DNA from: Acidobacteriota bacterium
GTDB lineage: Bacteria; Acidobacteriota; UBA890; WLXD01
Reading direction: 5' to 3'
NCBI GenBank assembly: GCA_963666055.2
Contig: CAXWPH010000015.1
Coordinates: 1,248,001 to 1,312,000, forward strand
Length of the DNA stretch: 64,000 nucleotides
Part shown: in pieces, positions 31,283-40,477 of the stretch
Position numbering within the stretch: the first letter of the stretch is position 1
Layout of the letters: every line of letters begins with the position of its first letter
Position numbers and translations under genes: made by a program
Notes under the pieces: generated by a model
Told to the model about the DNA's origin: nothing
The model's input: the letters and a program-made list of their open reading frames with translations, nothing else
Databases searched by the model: none

Positions 31283-31977
31283 ATCCCCGCGACGACAGAC
31301 GCGTCGGGCTGGACGGCGACCACTGCCCGAAGCTTGGCCTCGGCTGCGTTCAGGTGGCGCAGCAGAACCTCAGCGCACTCACCCTGTCGACCGCGGGCCA
31401 GGAGGTCGGCGATGGTCCGGTGCTCGGCTACTTGCGTAGCCGCAGCATCGTCGCTGTCTGCACCGTCCACCAAGACCAGAGCGAGACGAAGCTCGGCCAG
31501 GGTGGTCTGGAGAAGGTTGCTCATCCGTTCGCTCTTCAGGAACTCCACCAGGTACTGATGAAAACGCATGTCTAGCTCGACGGCGCGTGGCCAATCCCTT
31601 GCCAGGCTCGACGGGCCCATCTCCTCGACGAGCTTCCCCATTCGCTCGAACTCAGCGATGGGAGCACCACGACTCGCGTTCACAGCAGCAAGCTCGAGCA
31701 GCCTGCGTACCCCGTAAATGTCGGCCACGTCCCCTTCCGTGAGCGTCATCACAGCAGCGCCGCGATGTGGGCTGTGCTGCACCAACCCCTCGTAAACGAG
31801 GAGCCGGAGCGCCTCTCGCATGGTGTTGCGCGAGATCCCAAAGACAGACGCCAGCGACACCTCCTGCAGCGGCGTCCCCGGTCGAAGCTGCCCCTGGAGG
31901 ATCTGCTCTCTCAGCGCGCCGGCGGCCTGGTCGGAGGTGCTCTTTCGGTCGATTCGTAGGCCCTGCGGGTCGCTCAC
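31279..31977 (-). CDS. GntR-family (FCD) transcriptional regulator
   Basis: LRPGTPLQE..LA..FGISRNTMREAL; DMRFH and EH in the FCD domain. Confidence 0.92.
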   Translation of the reverse strand: MSDPQGLRIDRKSTSDQAAGALREQILQGQLRPGTPLQEVSLASVFGISRNTMREALRLLVYEGLVQHSPHRGAAVMTLTEGDVADIYGVRRLLELAAVNASRGAPIAEFERMGKLVEEMGPSSLARDWPRAVELDMRFHQYLVEFLKSERMSNLLQTTLAELRLALVLVDGADSDDAAATQVAEHRTIADLLARGRQGECAEVLLRHLNAAEAKLRAVVAVQPDASVVAGI

Positions 31978-32072
31978 GCTGGTGTTGCTCCGTAGAAGAG
32001 GGTGCCTATCCCCGCTGCTGGCCTCAGCGGTGGATCATGGCCAAAGGGGACACGATCCCTGTATTATTGGTC

Positions 32073-32087
32073 AATTGTTGAACAATT
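32073..32087. promoter_or_regulatory. Palindromic GntR-type operator candidate AATTGTTGAACAATT
   Basis: AT-rich palindrome in the divergent promoter region next to the gntR gene. Confidence 0.6.
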
Positions 32088-32158
32088 TGTCAAGCGACAC
32101 TTTCAGATAGGCCTTAGGGTGCACGAGAGCGCGTCGGCCAAGACGAGGACATATCAGC

Positions 32159-33301
32159 ATGCCTAGAGCAGCAAGGCTCGTACAGCTAACCGTCCTGTGT
32201 CTGGCGGCCTCCGTCGCGATGCCCGCCTGCGGAAATTCCCCCGAGGCCGGTACCGAGCGGGCGGCAACGGGCGGCCTCGGAGACCGAGACGTTGTCGTCG
32301 GCAACCTGGGAGCCAAGATCGACGAATACTTGACCGGGCTCACCCCGGATCGCTTCGCCGGCAGCGTTCTGGTGGCGAGGAAAGGACAAGTCCTCCTCAA
32401 CAAGGGCTATGGGATGGCTATTCGATCCGCGCGCATCCCCAACTCTTCCGAGAGCGTCATCGTCATCGGCTCGATTACCAAGCAGTTCACGGCGGCAGGA
32501 ATTCTCAAGCTCGAGATGCAGGGGACGCTGAGCACGGACGATACGCTTCCGATGTATTTCGAGCAGGTTCCGGACGACAAACAAGGCATCACCCTGCATC
32601 AGTTGCTCACCCACACGGCCGGCTTGATCGACTACACCGGTGACTGGGACGCCGATGGAGATTTCGAAATTGCCCCACGCGACGAAACGATCCAAGAAGC
32701 GCTGGACGCGCCTCTAGTTGCCGCTCCTGGCACGGAGTTTCACTACTCCAACTCGAGCTACAGCGTGTTGGCAGCCATCATCGAGAAAGTCTCAGGCCAG
32801 TCCTACGAGGAGTACCTGAGCGAGAACATCTTCAAGCCGGCCGGCATGAATACGACCGGCTATCGAATGCCGGATTGGGACAGCCACGTCGTCGCTCACT
32901 ACTACGCCGAAGACGAGGACCTAGGCGGATTCCTGGAACGGCCGTACCCTCAGTGGAACCTCCTCGGAAACGGCGGAATCCTGACGACAACGGGCGATTT
33001 ATACCGGTACCACCTTGCCCTTGAAGGGGAGGAGATCCTGTCCGCTGCTGCGAAGGAGAAGTTCTACCGGCCTTTTCTGGACGACTACGCGTACGGATGG
33101 AGCATCGAACAGACCGACCACGGTCTTCTCATCCAACACTCCGGCGGTGGGTCGTTCGGTTCGAGCGACAGCGCTCTTTTCCGTCGCTACGTTGAAGCTG
33201 AGGTCGTCATCGTCGTCCTGGGTCACCAGGCTTACGATGGGCAGAGCATGACCAGGCAGGTCACCTCCGAAGTGGCAAACATTGTGTTTACCGACCAGTA
33301 G
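32159..33301 (+). CDS. Serine hydrolase (beta-lactamase class C-like) lipoprotein
   Basis: GSITKQF, LLTHTAG, YSNSSY, HSGG; AMPAC lipobox-like motif. Confidence 0.9.
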   Translation: MPRAARLVQLTVLCLAASVAMPACGNSPEAGTERAATGGLGDRDVVVGNLGAKIDEYLTGLTPDRFAGSVLVARKGQVLLNKGYGMAIRSARIPNSSESVIVIGSITKQFTAAGILKLEMQGTLSTDDTLPMYFEQVPDDKQGITLHQLLTHTAGLIDYTGDWDADGDFEIAPRDETIQEALDAPLVAAPGTEFHYSNSSYSVLAAIIEKVSGQSYEEYLSENIFKPAGMNTTGYRMPDWDSHVVAHYYAEDEDLGGFLERPYPQWNLLGNGGILTTTGDLYRYHLALEGEEILSAAAKEKFYRPFLDDYAYGWSIEQTDHGLLIQHSGGGSFGSSDSALFRRYVEAEVVIVVLGHQAYDGQSMTRQVTSEVANIVFTDQ

Positions 33302-33636
33302 CTCGATGTGAAGGGGCCCGTGACTTTCCGTGATTCCGGAAAACCGCGAATCGGGGTAGCTGAAGAGCTCTTTGTTCTGGCGGAGCCTCTTGAGCTCTCC
33401 ACTCCGGTACACGCGCCTCTCCAAACGCGCTTCTCCAAGTTCGCGGGTGACGCCTTCCTCCATCATCCGCAGGTCGGAGGTTCGAATGTCGAGCCCTGGC
33501 AAGTCGCGTACTTGTACTGGCTCCGTTTCGGGTACTTCATGGGTGGCAACTCCAGATCGGGGACCTTGCCACGATGATGCACTGAGATCAGGAGCCATGC
33601 ACCAACGCCTCGTGCACTTCGAACAACGAGACCGAA

Positions 33637-35031
33637 CTATGGCTGCCAGACTCCGATCCCGTCCTCAAAGACGAAATTCGTACCAAAGGGTGCCGACAGG
33701 CGCACGACGAGATCGATGATCTCCTTTGCTAATTCGCCCTTCGCGAGACGCGGTGTGCCTCGCGTAGTTCTTCCGTCTCCATGCCAGAGAGCGTCCTTGT
33801 GGCCCATTTCGATTGGATGGAGCTTGAGCTCTACCATCCGGTGCCCCTTGAACACGGGGATCGCGACCACGCTCTCGAACCACACCGCGTTCTCCGGCAG
33901 CATGGCGTACGCGCCCTTCTGCCCCTCGGGGTCGTAGACAGCGCTGACCAGAGCGTTGGGGTCGACGACATCAAACGCCTCGTATGTATCCTGAGACACC
34001 GGCTCCTCGGTCTCATACTGAAAAATGAAATCCGCCAAGCTGTAGAAGATGGGCTTGCTCTTGTAGATCTCGATACCCCTGAGCCGGTGCGGCCCGTGGA
34101 CGATATAGGTGACCGCGCCCGCGTCGAGACACTTCTTGATGAACCCGATGAGCCACGGCGGCGGCTCCTCGTTAGTGTTGCCGCTTTCATGGGAGTGGCT
34201 GTTGACGATGACGAAATCGGCCTGCTTGGCCGCATTGCGAATCACGTGGAGGATCCGCTCCTCGTCCTGGGGGTTCACCGTCTCGATCAGTTTCGTTTCC
34301 GGTCCCTGAACGAAGGTAGTACCCCCAACCCGGAGAGGCTCCTCCGGTGACTCGGGCACGGCACTGCCAAGCTCCTCGCCGATCCGACGTAGATCTGCCA
34401 TTCGCTCAGGATCTACTTGATAGGTCCGATTGACTCGCAGCGGGTTGAGCCCCGGTCGGCCCCGAGAGTCCAAACGGGTCGGCGCGGCGCGGGCATGGCG
34501 CGCGAACGTGCTCGCCAGACCGATCAGCGCAACGCGACCCTTCTTCGTATCCAGGTAGGCGGGCGCGCTCGCGCGGCCGAGATTCATGCCGACTCCTGAG
34601 TGCACCAGCCCGGCACGCTCGAGATTGCGCATCGTCGCGACCATGCCTTCGATACCGAAGTCGCCGGTGTGGTTGTTGGCGAAATTCGCCAGATCAAATC
34701 CCATCCACTTGAGCTCGTCAGCCATCTCCGCGGGGCCGCGTTGTTCCCAGGCGCCAGCCGCCGGCCAGCCCTTGAAGTCCCACAGTCGAAGAATCGTAGT
34801 TTCGACGTTGGTGAACGCAATGTCAGCGCCTCGGACAAGCTCGACGAGGTCCAGCAGCCGCTCATCGTCGTAGATGGAAACGGGCCGAGTGATGATCGAG
34901 TCGCCGGTAGCTGCAAGCGACCAGGTGGGGGGTTCGGCGGTCTCCGATTGCGGCCCGCTTGGCTCCGCAGGGTTGGTCGCTAATAGACAGAGACTGAACA
35001 AGATAACGAGTGCGGACACGCGGATGCGCAT
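33637..35031 (-). CDS. CapA family (poly-gamma-glutamate synthesis-associated) metallophosphoesterase, secreted
   Basis: ATGDS, FANNHTGDFG, SHSHE, HGPH, PIFYSLADF; GGAGG RBS before ATG 35031. Confidence 0.88.
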   Translation of the reverse strand: MRIRVSALVILFSLCLLATNPAEPSGPQSETAEPPTWSLAATGDSIITRPVSIYDDERLLDLVELVRGADIAFTNVETTILRLWDFKGWPAAGAWEQRGPAEMADELKWMGFDLANFANNHTGDFGIEGMVATMRNLERAGLVHSGVGMNLGRASAPAYLDTKKGRVALIGLASTFARHARAAPTRLDSRGRPGLNPLRVNRTYQVDPERMADLRRIGEELGSAVPESPEEPLRVGGTTFVQGPETKLIETVNPQDEERILHVIRNAAKQADFVIVNSHSHESGNTNEEPPPWLIGFIKKCLDAGAVTYIVHGPHRLRGIEIYKSKPIFYSLADFIFQYETEEPVSQDTYEAFDVVDPNALVSAVYDPEGQKGAYAMLPENAVWFESVVAIPVFKGHRMVELKLHPIEMGHKDALWHGDGRTTRGTPRLAKGELAKEIIDLVVRLSAPFGTNFVFEDGIGVWQP

Positions 35032-35165
35032 GGCGTTGCCTCCTTCTTTGGGGGGAACCCGCTGCCTTTTGAGGGTCGACTCCGCTCCCCTTGTTTCAAG
35101 TTGCCCATCAGTCGGGGCGATATCGTCTTCTCCTTTGAGACCGTGAGGTTCAGCCATCCTCTCCA

Positions 35166-36449
35166 TCAGGTTGCGGAACGATACCTACTGCTCCGTCCGT
35201 TACGTCTTGAGCGCGCCGAGCTCACGGAGGGCAGGTAAATGTCCGCCACCTTCTCAGAGAACTCCCCGGGAGTCGCGCTTGCGAAGTTACAGAGGGTGAC
35301 GACGGAAAACTGCAGATCTGGAAAGCGTTCGTAGAAGGCCCGGTAACCGACCCAGGCGCCTCCGTGAAACACTCTGCGGTGTCCTTCGTACTCGCCGATA
35401 CTCAGCCCGAAGGCATACTGGCTACCATTCCTCCACGCCACTGGATGTGTAGAGAGGACGATGTCCATCAGCGATCGTCCACCACTGCCAAGCTTGTTGT
35501 CGTAGAAGTTCTGATCCCACTGGATGAAGTCGTCGATGGTTGTGAACACGCCTCCGTCGCCCAGCAAGTCCAAGTCGACCTTGTAGATATGCCAGGCACC
35601 GGCTTCTGTCTTGCGATAGCCGTCGGCACGCTCCCGTACGATGCCCGTCGCATCGTCGTTGAAGAAGCTGTGCTCCATGCCCAGGGGGCCGAAGATCTCG
35701 GCGGCTGCAAGTTCGCGCAAAGTCTTGCCGGACACACGCTCCGCTAGCAGCCACAGAAGAACATACGCTGCATTGTTGTAGCGGAACTCTGTTTCCGGTG
35801 GCGTGCGTAGCTCCAGCATCGCGAGGCCAGCGTAGAACTCGTCAACGGTGAGATGATCCCCATTGGCGAAACTCTGCGGCGATGTCGTTTCTCGAAGCTC
35901 AGGGCGCTCGAACACCCCGTGACCCGCCTCAGCGAGCCGAGCCAGGGTCATCCGCGGCGTGGAGAGCTCAGCGTCACGCCCCGAGTAGTGGGCCATGCCG
36001 CTAACGTGATGCACCATCTGCCGGACGGTGACTTTGTGGCCGTAATCCCGTAGTTCCGGAAGATAGGTATGGACATCTGCATCAAGATCGAGCTCGCCGC
36101 GCTCAGCCAGGATCGCGATCGACATCGCGGTGAACTGCTTGGAAATCGAACCTACCCGGAACACAGAGGATGTCGAGATCGGGATATCGTGTTCGAGGTT
36201 GGCCATCCCATAGCCCGCCTTGTGGATGTACTCCCCCTGATGAATGACCCCTACTGCGCAGCCGGGTGTGCCTTCTGTGACGATACCCTCGAAAAGCTCG
36301 TCTACTGCGAGGCTCTCTTCCTGCCAGGCAGAGGTCGGGCGCATCCCGGAGCAACCGGTCATCAACAGCAACCAACAGACTGCGGTGGAGATCCCCTTTC
36401 CCGGATTCCCCGGCCGGATCTCTGATCGCGAAGAATCCCTTCGCTCCAT
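35166..36449 (-). CDS. Serine hydrolase (beta-lactamase family) lipoprotein
   Basis: GSISKQF, YNNAAY, HGGAWVGY; LMTGC lipobox. Confidence 0.9.
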   Translation of the reverse strand: MERRDSSRSEIRPGNPGKGISTAVCWLLLMTGCSGMRPTSAWQEESLAVDELFEGIVTEGTPGCAVGVIHQGEYIHKAGYGMANLEHDIPISTSSVFRVGSISKQFTAMSIAILAERGELDLDADVHTYLPELRDYGHKVTVRQMVHHVSGMAHYSGRDAELSTPRMTLARLAEAGHGVFERPELRETTSPQSFANGDHLTVDEFYAGLAMLELRTPPETEFRYNNAAYVLLWLLAERVSGKTLRELAAAEIFGPLGMEHSFFNDDATGIVRERADGYRKTEAGAWHIYKVDLDLLGDGGVFTTIDDFIQWDQNFYDNKLGSGGRSLMDIVLSTHPVAWRNGSQYAFGLSIGEYEGHRRVFHGGAWVGYRAFYERFPDLQFSVVTLCNFASATPGEFSEKVADIYLPSVSSARSRRNGRSSRYRSAT

Positions 36450-36498
36450 GGCTCACCTCGCTGATATGCGGTTTGGTTGGCGACTGCCGTGCGGGCCC

Positions 36499-36783
36499 CT
36501 CGTCCAAGAACCAGGTGTCGCCGAGTCGGCCTTGCCGACGACGAAGCCTCCGGGCGTAGTCCAGGCCGAACTTCCCACACCAGAGTCGGATCGCTTCGTG
36601 CGAGACGATGATCCCTCGCTCCGCCAGGAGATCTTCCACGTCTCGGAAGCTCAGGCAGAACCGGTGATACAGCCACACGGCGTGGCTGATGATCTCTGGC
36701 GGAAAGCGATGTCTATGGTAGCGCTGCGGGTCAGGGTTCATCGCCGAACTCTGCCAGCCTGCTGATTTTAACTTGACAGTACC
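36499..36783 (-). mobile_element. IS6-family element left end with truncated transposase
   Basis: HRFPPEIISHAVWLYHRFCLSFRDVEDLLAERGI...WFLDE (ATG 36741); terminal GGTACTGTCAAGTT at 36783-36770. Confidence 0.85.
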
Positions 36784-36952
36784 TCTGCGGGGTGTCTGCG
36801 TCACGTGCCATCCTGAAGTACGTAGAGTCGCTCCACTGGTTGCGAATGGCACTGGTGTGTGGGCGCCCTGCTGAAGGTGTATCCGTGGAATGGCTGCAAT
36901 CGATCTCTTCAATTCGGAACGCGGTTCCGGAGCTGGCTTTGGAGTTGACCCA

Positions 36953-39634
36953 ATGAACTCGACGCAACTTGTTGCCTGCGCCCTCGTCTTCCTGATGGTC
37001 GCCGTGAGCCCGGCACCCGGGGCTGCATGGGCGCAGACGCACGTGCCCGCTCCCGAAGAGATCCTTGGATTCCACGTCGGCGATGATTTCAAGCTCGCAT
37101 CCTACGACGAGTCGATCGCCTATTTCCGGGCATTGGACGCCGCCAGCGATCGCTTGGAGCTGCGCGAGATCGGCCGTACTTCCGAGGGTCGATCCTGGTT
37201 CATCGCGTTGATCTCATCGCCGGAGAACCTTGCGAACGCCGAGCACTATCGCGAGATTTCCAAGCGCCTCGCCAACCCCGTCGGGCTGTCCGACGAGGAG
37301 GCGCGGGCGCTGGCGCAGGAGGGCAAGGTGATCGTCACGGTCGATGGGGGCCTACACGCGAGCGAGAGCGCTCACGCCCAGCTCACCATCCAGTTCGCAT
37401 ACGACCTGATCACAGAAAAGGAGGGATCGATCGCGCGCGAAATCCTCGACGAGGTCATTCTCATTCTCTATCCCTCGATCAACCCTGACGGCCAGAACAT
37501 GGTCGTCGACTGGTACCGCCAGAACCTCGGGACCCCCTACGAGACCGCCCCCATGCCGCGCCTGTACCAGAAGTACATCGGCCATGACAACAACCGCGAC
37601 GCCTACGGCCTGAACATGATCGAGTCGCGGACTGTGGTGCGGCTCCTGCGTCATTGGGAGCCGCAGGTTCTCTATACCCACCACATGACTGCGACGTTCC
37701 CCTCGACCATGTGGCTACCGCCTAACGGCGAGCCGATCAGCCCATACGTGCACCCCTTGATGACCCGGACGCTCAACCTGCTGGGGACTGCGGCCGCCCA
37801 AGCGATGGACGAGAAGGGCCTGCCCGGCGCCGAGCACATGGGTGAGTTTTACGACTTCTGGTACCCCGGCTACATCGACTACGGCAACTTCTTCCACAAC
37901 GTCGTCAGCATGTTCAGCGAGGTGGGGCTGCATACCTCACCTTCGCCGCGCTTCTACAGTGTGCGCGACTTCCCGCCGGAGCACCAAGCACTGCTACCCA
38001 AGTCGCTTCACGCGTCGCTGTGGCGCGGTGGTTGGTGGCGACAACGCGACTCGATCAACATCATGTTGGCGACCACCTGGTCGACGCTCGACATGAGCGC
38101 GAAGTTCCGCGAGCGATTCTTGTACAACCGCTACGTGGCCGGGCGCGACACCATCCGACACTACTCGGAGAGCCCGCCGTACGCGTACTTCATACCGGTG
38201 CAACAGCGTGATCCGGTGGCGGCAGTCGAGTTGTTGCGGCGGCTAGCTTTCCACGACGTTGCGGTGTACCGCCTGAATCAGGACGCGGTGGTCGACGGTC
38301 AGACCCACCCCGCGGGCACCTGGGTCATACCCATGGATCGCGCCAACGCCAACTTCGCGGCCGTACTCTTGGACGTACAGCGCTATCCGGATCTCCGCCA
38401 ATACCCCGGAGGTCCGCCCGATCTTCCGTACGACATCGCGGGCTGGACGCTGCCCTATCAGATGGACGTCCGCACGGTCGCAACTGGCTCGCCGCTCGAC
38501 GATTCGGTCCAGGCGACGATGGCGCCGGTGCTCGGTGAGACCGTAGACTGGAGCGTCGAGGGGGACGCAGAGCCCTTCGACAGCGTCCCGGGCGCTGGCT
38601 TCAACACCCATCCGATCGCCGCCGCCATCACGCCTCCGGCAGGCTCGGTAACCGGGAACGGTCCGGCGCTGCTGCTCGATCCGGCGCAGAACAACAGCTT
38701 CCGTGCCGTGAATCGCGCCTGGGGCTCGGGGGCTCAGGTACGTTTCCGGGCCGCTTCCTCCGGCGGCGCAGGGAGTCGATACATCGTCTCCGGGCTCTCC
38801 GCCGCGCAGGTCGACTCGATGGTCAAGGAGTTGGCTCTCCAAGCGGAACGTGGGCCCGCCGCCGGTGAGACCGTGCGGCGGCCCCGCATCGGGCTTTATC
38901 GGCCGTGGCAACCGAGCATGGACGAGGGATGGACGCGTTGGCTGCTCGAGCAGTACGGCTTTGGATTCGAGACCGTCTACAACGCCGACATGCGGGCAGG
39001 CGACCTGCGCGGGCGCTACGACGTCATCGTGCTCGTAGATCTGTCGCCACAACAGATCATCGAAGGCGCCCCGGTCGGCAGCGTTCCGCCGCCCTACGCC
39101 GGAGGCATCGGCCGCGAGGGGACCCGCGCCCTCGACGCTTTCGTACGCGACGGAGGGACTCTCGTCTGCCTCAACCGCAGCAGCCGCTTCGCCATCGATG
39201 AGCTCCATTTGCCAGTTCGCGACGTCGTCAGGGAACTCGAATCAACGGACTTCTTCATCAGTGGCTCGGTCGTCGAGGCGACCGTCGACACCGCCCACCC
39301 GATCATGGGCGGCATGCCGGAGCGCGCCAAGATCATGTTCATGAACAGCCCGGTGTTCACGACTGAAGAAGGCTTTCATGGCAGCGTGCTCGCCAAGTAC
39401 GCGACGGCCGGATCGCCGCTGCTGTCCGGCTTCCTGCTCGGCGAGGAGTACATGCTAGGCTACGCCGCCGCGATCGACGTCGCGCACGGCGACGGCCACG
39501 TGGTCCTGCTAGGCTTCCGGCCGCAGTGGCGCGCCCAACCCTTCGGTACGTTCCGCGTCCTATTCAACGCCTCGCTATACACTCGGGAGATAGCGGCCAC
39601 CAGCATACCGACCCCCGACTTCTGGACCTATTGA
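36953..39634 (+). CDS. M14 zinc carboxypeptidase-family protein with C-terminal GATase-like domain, secreted
   Basis: GLHASE, NPDG, GHDNNRD, THHM, PYDIAGWTLP, SMDEGWTRW. Confidence 0.9.
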   Translation: MNSTQLVACALVFLMVAVSPAPGAAWAQTHVPAPEEILGFHVGDDFKLASYDESIAYFRALDAASDRLELREIGRTSEGRSWFIALISSPENLANAEHYREISKRLANPVGLSDEEARALAQEGKVIVTVDGGLHASESAHAQLTIQFAYDLITEKEGSIAREILDEVILILYPSINPDGQNMVVDWYRQNLGTPYETAPMPRLYQKYIGHDNNRDAYGLNMIESRTVVRLLRHWEPQVLYTHHMTATFPSTMWLPPNGEPISPYVHPLMTRTLNLLGTAAAQAMDEKGLPGAEHMGEFYDFWYPGYIDYGNFFHNVVSMFSEVGLHTSPSPRFYSVRDFPPEHQALLPKSLHASLWRGGWWRQRDSINIMLATTWSTLDMSAKFRERFLYNRYVAGRDTIRHYSESPPYAYFIPVQQRDPVAAVELLRRLAFHDVAVYRLNQDAVVDGQTHPAGTWVIPMDRANANFAAVLLDVQRYPDLRQYPGGPPDLPYDIAGWTLPYQMDVRTVATGSPLDDSVQATMAPVLGETVDWSVEGDAEPFDSVPGAGFNTHPIAAAITPPAGSVTGNGPALLLDPAQNNSFRAVNRAWGSGAQVRFRAASSGGAGSRYIVSGLSAAQVDSMVKELALQAERGPAAGETVRRPRIGLYRPWQPSMDEGWTRWLLEQYGFGFETVYNADMRAGDLRGRYDVIVLVDLSPQQIIEGAPVGSVPPPYAGGIGREGTRALDAFVRDGGTLVCLNRSSRFAIDELHLPVRDVVRELESTDFFISGSVVEATVDTAHPIMGGMPERAKIMFMNSPVFTTEEGFHGSVLAKYATAGSPLLSGFLLGEEYMLGYAAAIDVAHGDGHVVLLGFRPQWRAQPFGTFRVLFNASLYTREIAATSIPTPDFWTY

Positions 39635-39686
39635 CCTGCCCCAAGTGTTTGGGCTAATGCGTAACTCATTAAATCGGTGCTGACAA
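39632..39686 (-). mobile_element. IS3-family right-end remnant
   Basis: TGACCTGCCCCAAGTGTT...; 48/55 identical to 48963-49017. Confidence 0.65.
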
Positions 39687-39692
39687 GAGATG

Positions 39693-39820
39693 GTCGCAGC
39701 CGACGGTCAGCGTTTCGTGATGTTCCCCGCCCCAACCGGAGCCAGTCCCGCAGCGGCCACGTGACGCTGGTCACCAACTGGTTCGACGAGCTGAAGCGGC
39801 TCGTGCCGACGGATCAGTAG
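39693..39820 (+). pseudogene. C-terminal tail of a kinase/TolB-propeller protein, frameshifted
   Basis: VAADGQRFVM...HVTLVTNWFDELKRLVPTDQ*. Confidence 0.75.
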
Positions 39821-40215
39821 CTGACTGGGCCGAGTCCCGCAGGCACTTGTGCTGTTGCCGCGCTACCTCTTCCCGGTGCTCCACCCCAGCCACTTCAGCG
39901 GCCTCCAGGAGCAACGCCAGCTGCTGCTCTGGGCGAGGTGGGCGATCTGTGTGGTCGGGGTGAGCCTCATGCGCGGGAGCTTACTCCCTTGCGGCCAAGT
40001 TACGTCCGCGTTGGTGGGACGCTACCTGATGCCGTTTTCTCCAACTCGGTGACGCGCGTTCCCATGAGAATTGCCGGGATCATATGTTGCGCCACCTACC
40101 CCTAGACAGGTGTGGTGTCCATCAACAAGCCGAAAGCGGCGAAATCCGGCTACAAACGGCAAACTGCTGTCGCTAACCAATGCGCCGTAAGTTGTTGAAA
40201 ACACTGGAACACAAA

Positions 40216-40260
40216 GGCGCGCCCGGGAGGATTCGAACCTCCGACCTGCGGATTAGAAGG
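40216..40260 (-). mobile_element. att site core: 3' half of tRNA-Arg(TCT)
   Basis: Minus strand CCTTCTAATCCGCAGGTCGGAGGTTCGAATCCTCCCGGGCGCGCC; 5' half absent; AT-rich flanks with short direct repeats. Confidence 0.8.
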
Positions 40261-40477
40261 TCAGAGACCTGGACTCGTAGTTCTTTGTAGCTAGTTCGTT
40301 TTCTTTGTAGTGATCGGCAGTTGCATCCTCACTCGTACAACTAGATACAAGTACAAACAAACAGAATCCGATCTTGTTTGTAGGGTTTTTGGCAAGAAAT
40401 AGGCAAGTTTCCATACAACCGAGTCCGAAGTAACTGCCACACTCCGATCAGCCGCGGCTCGTGATGGTGGCAGCTAG

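Noticed and set aside
33308-33598. Short ORFs on either strand between the serine hydrolase and capA
   Set aside because: No recognisable family or RBS; cannot be supported as genes
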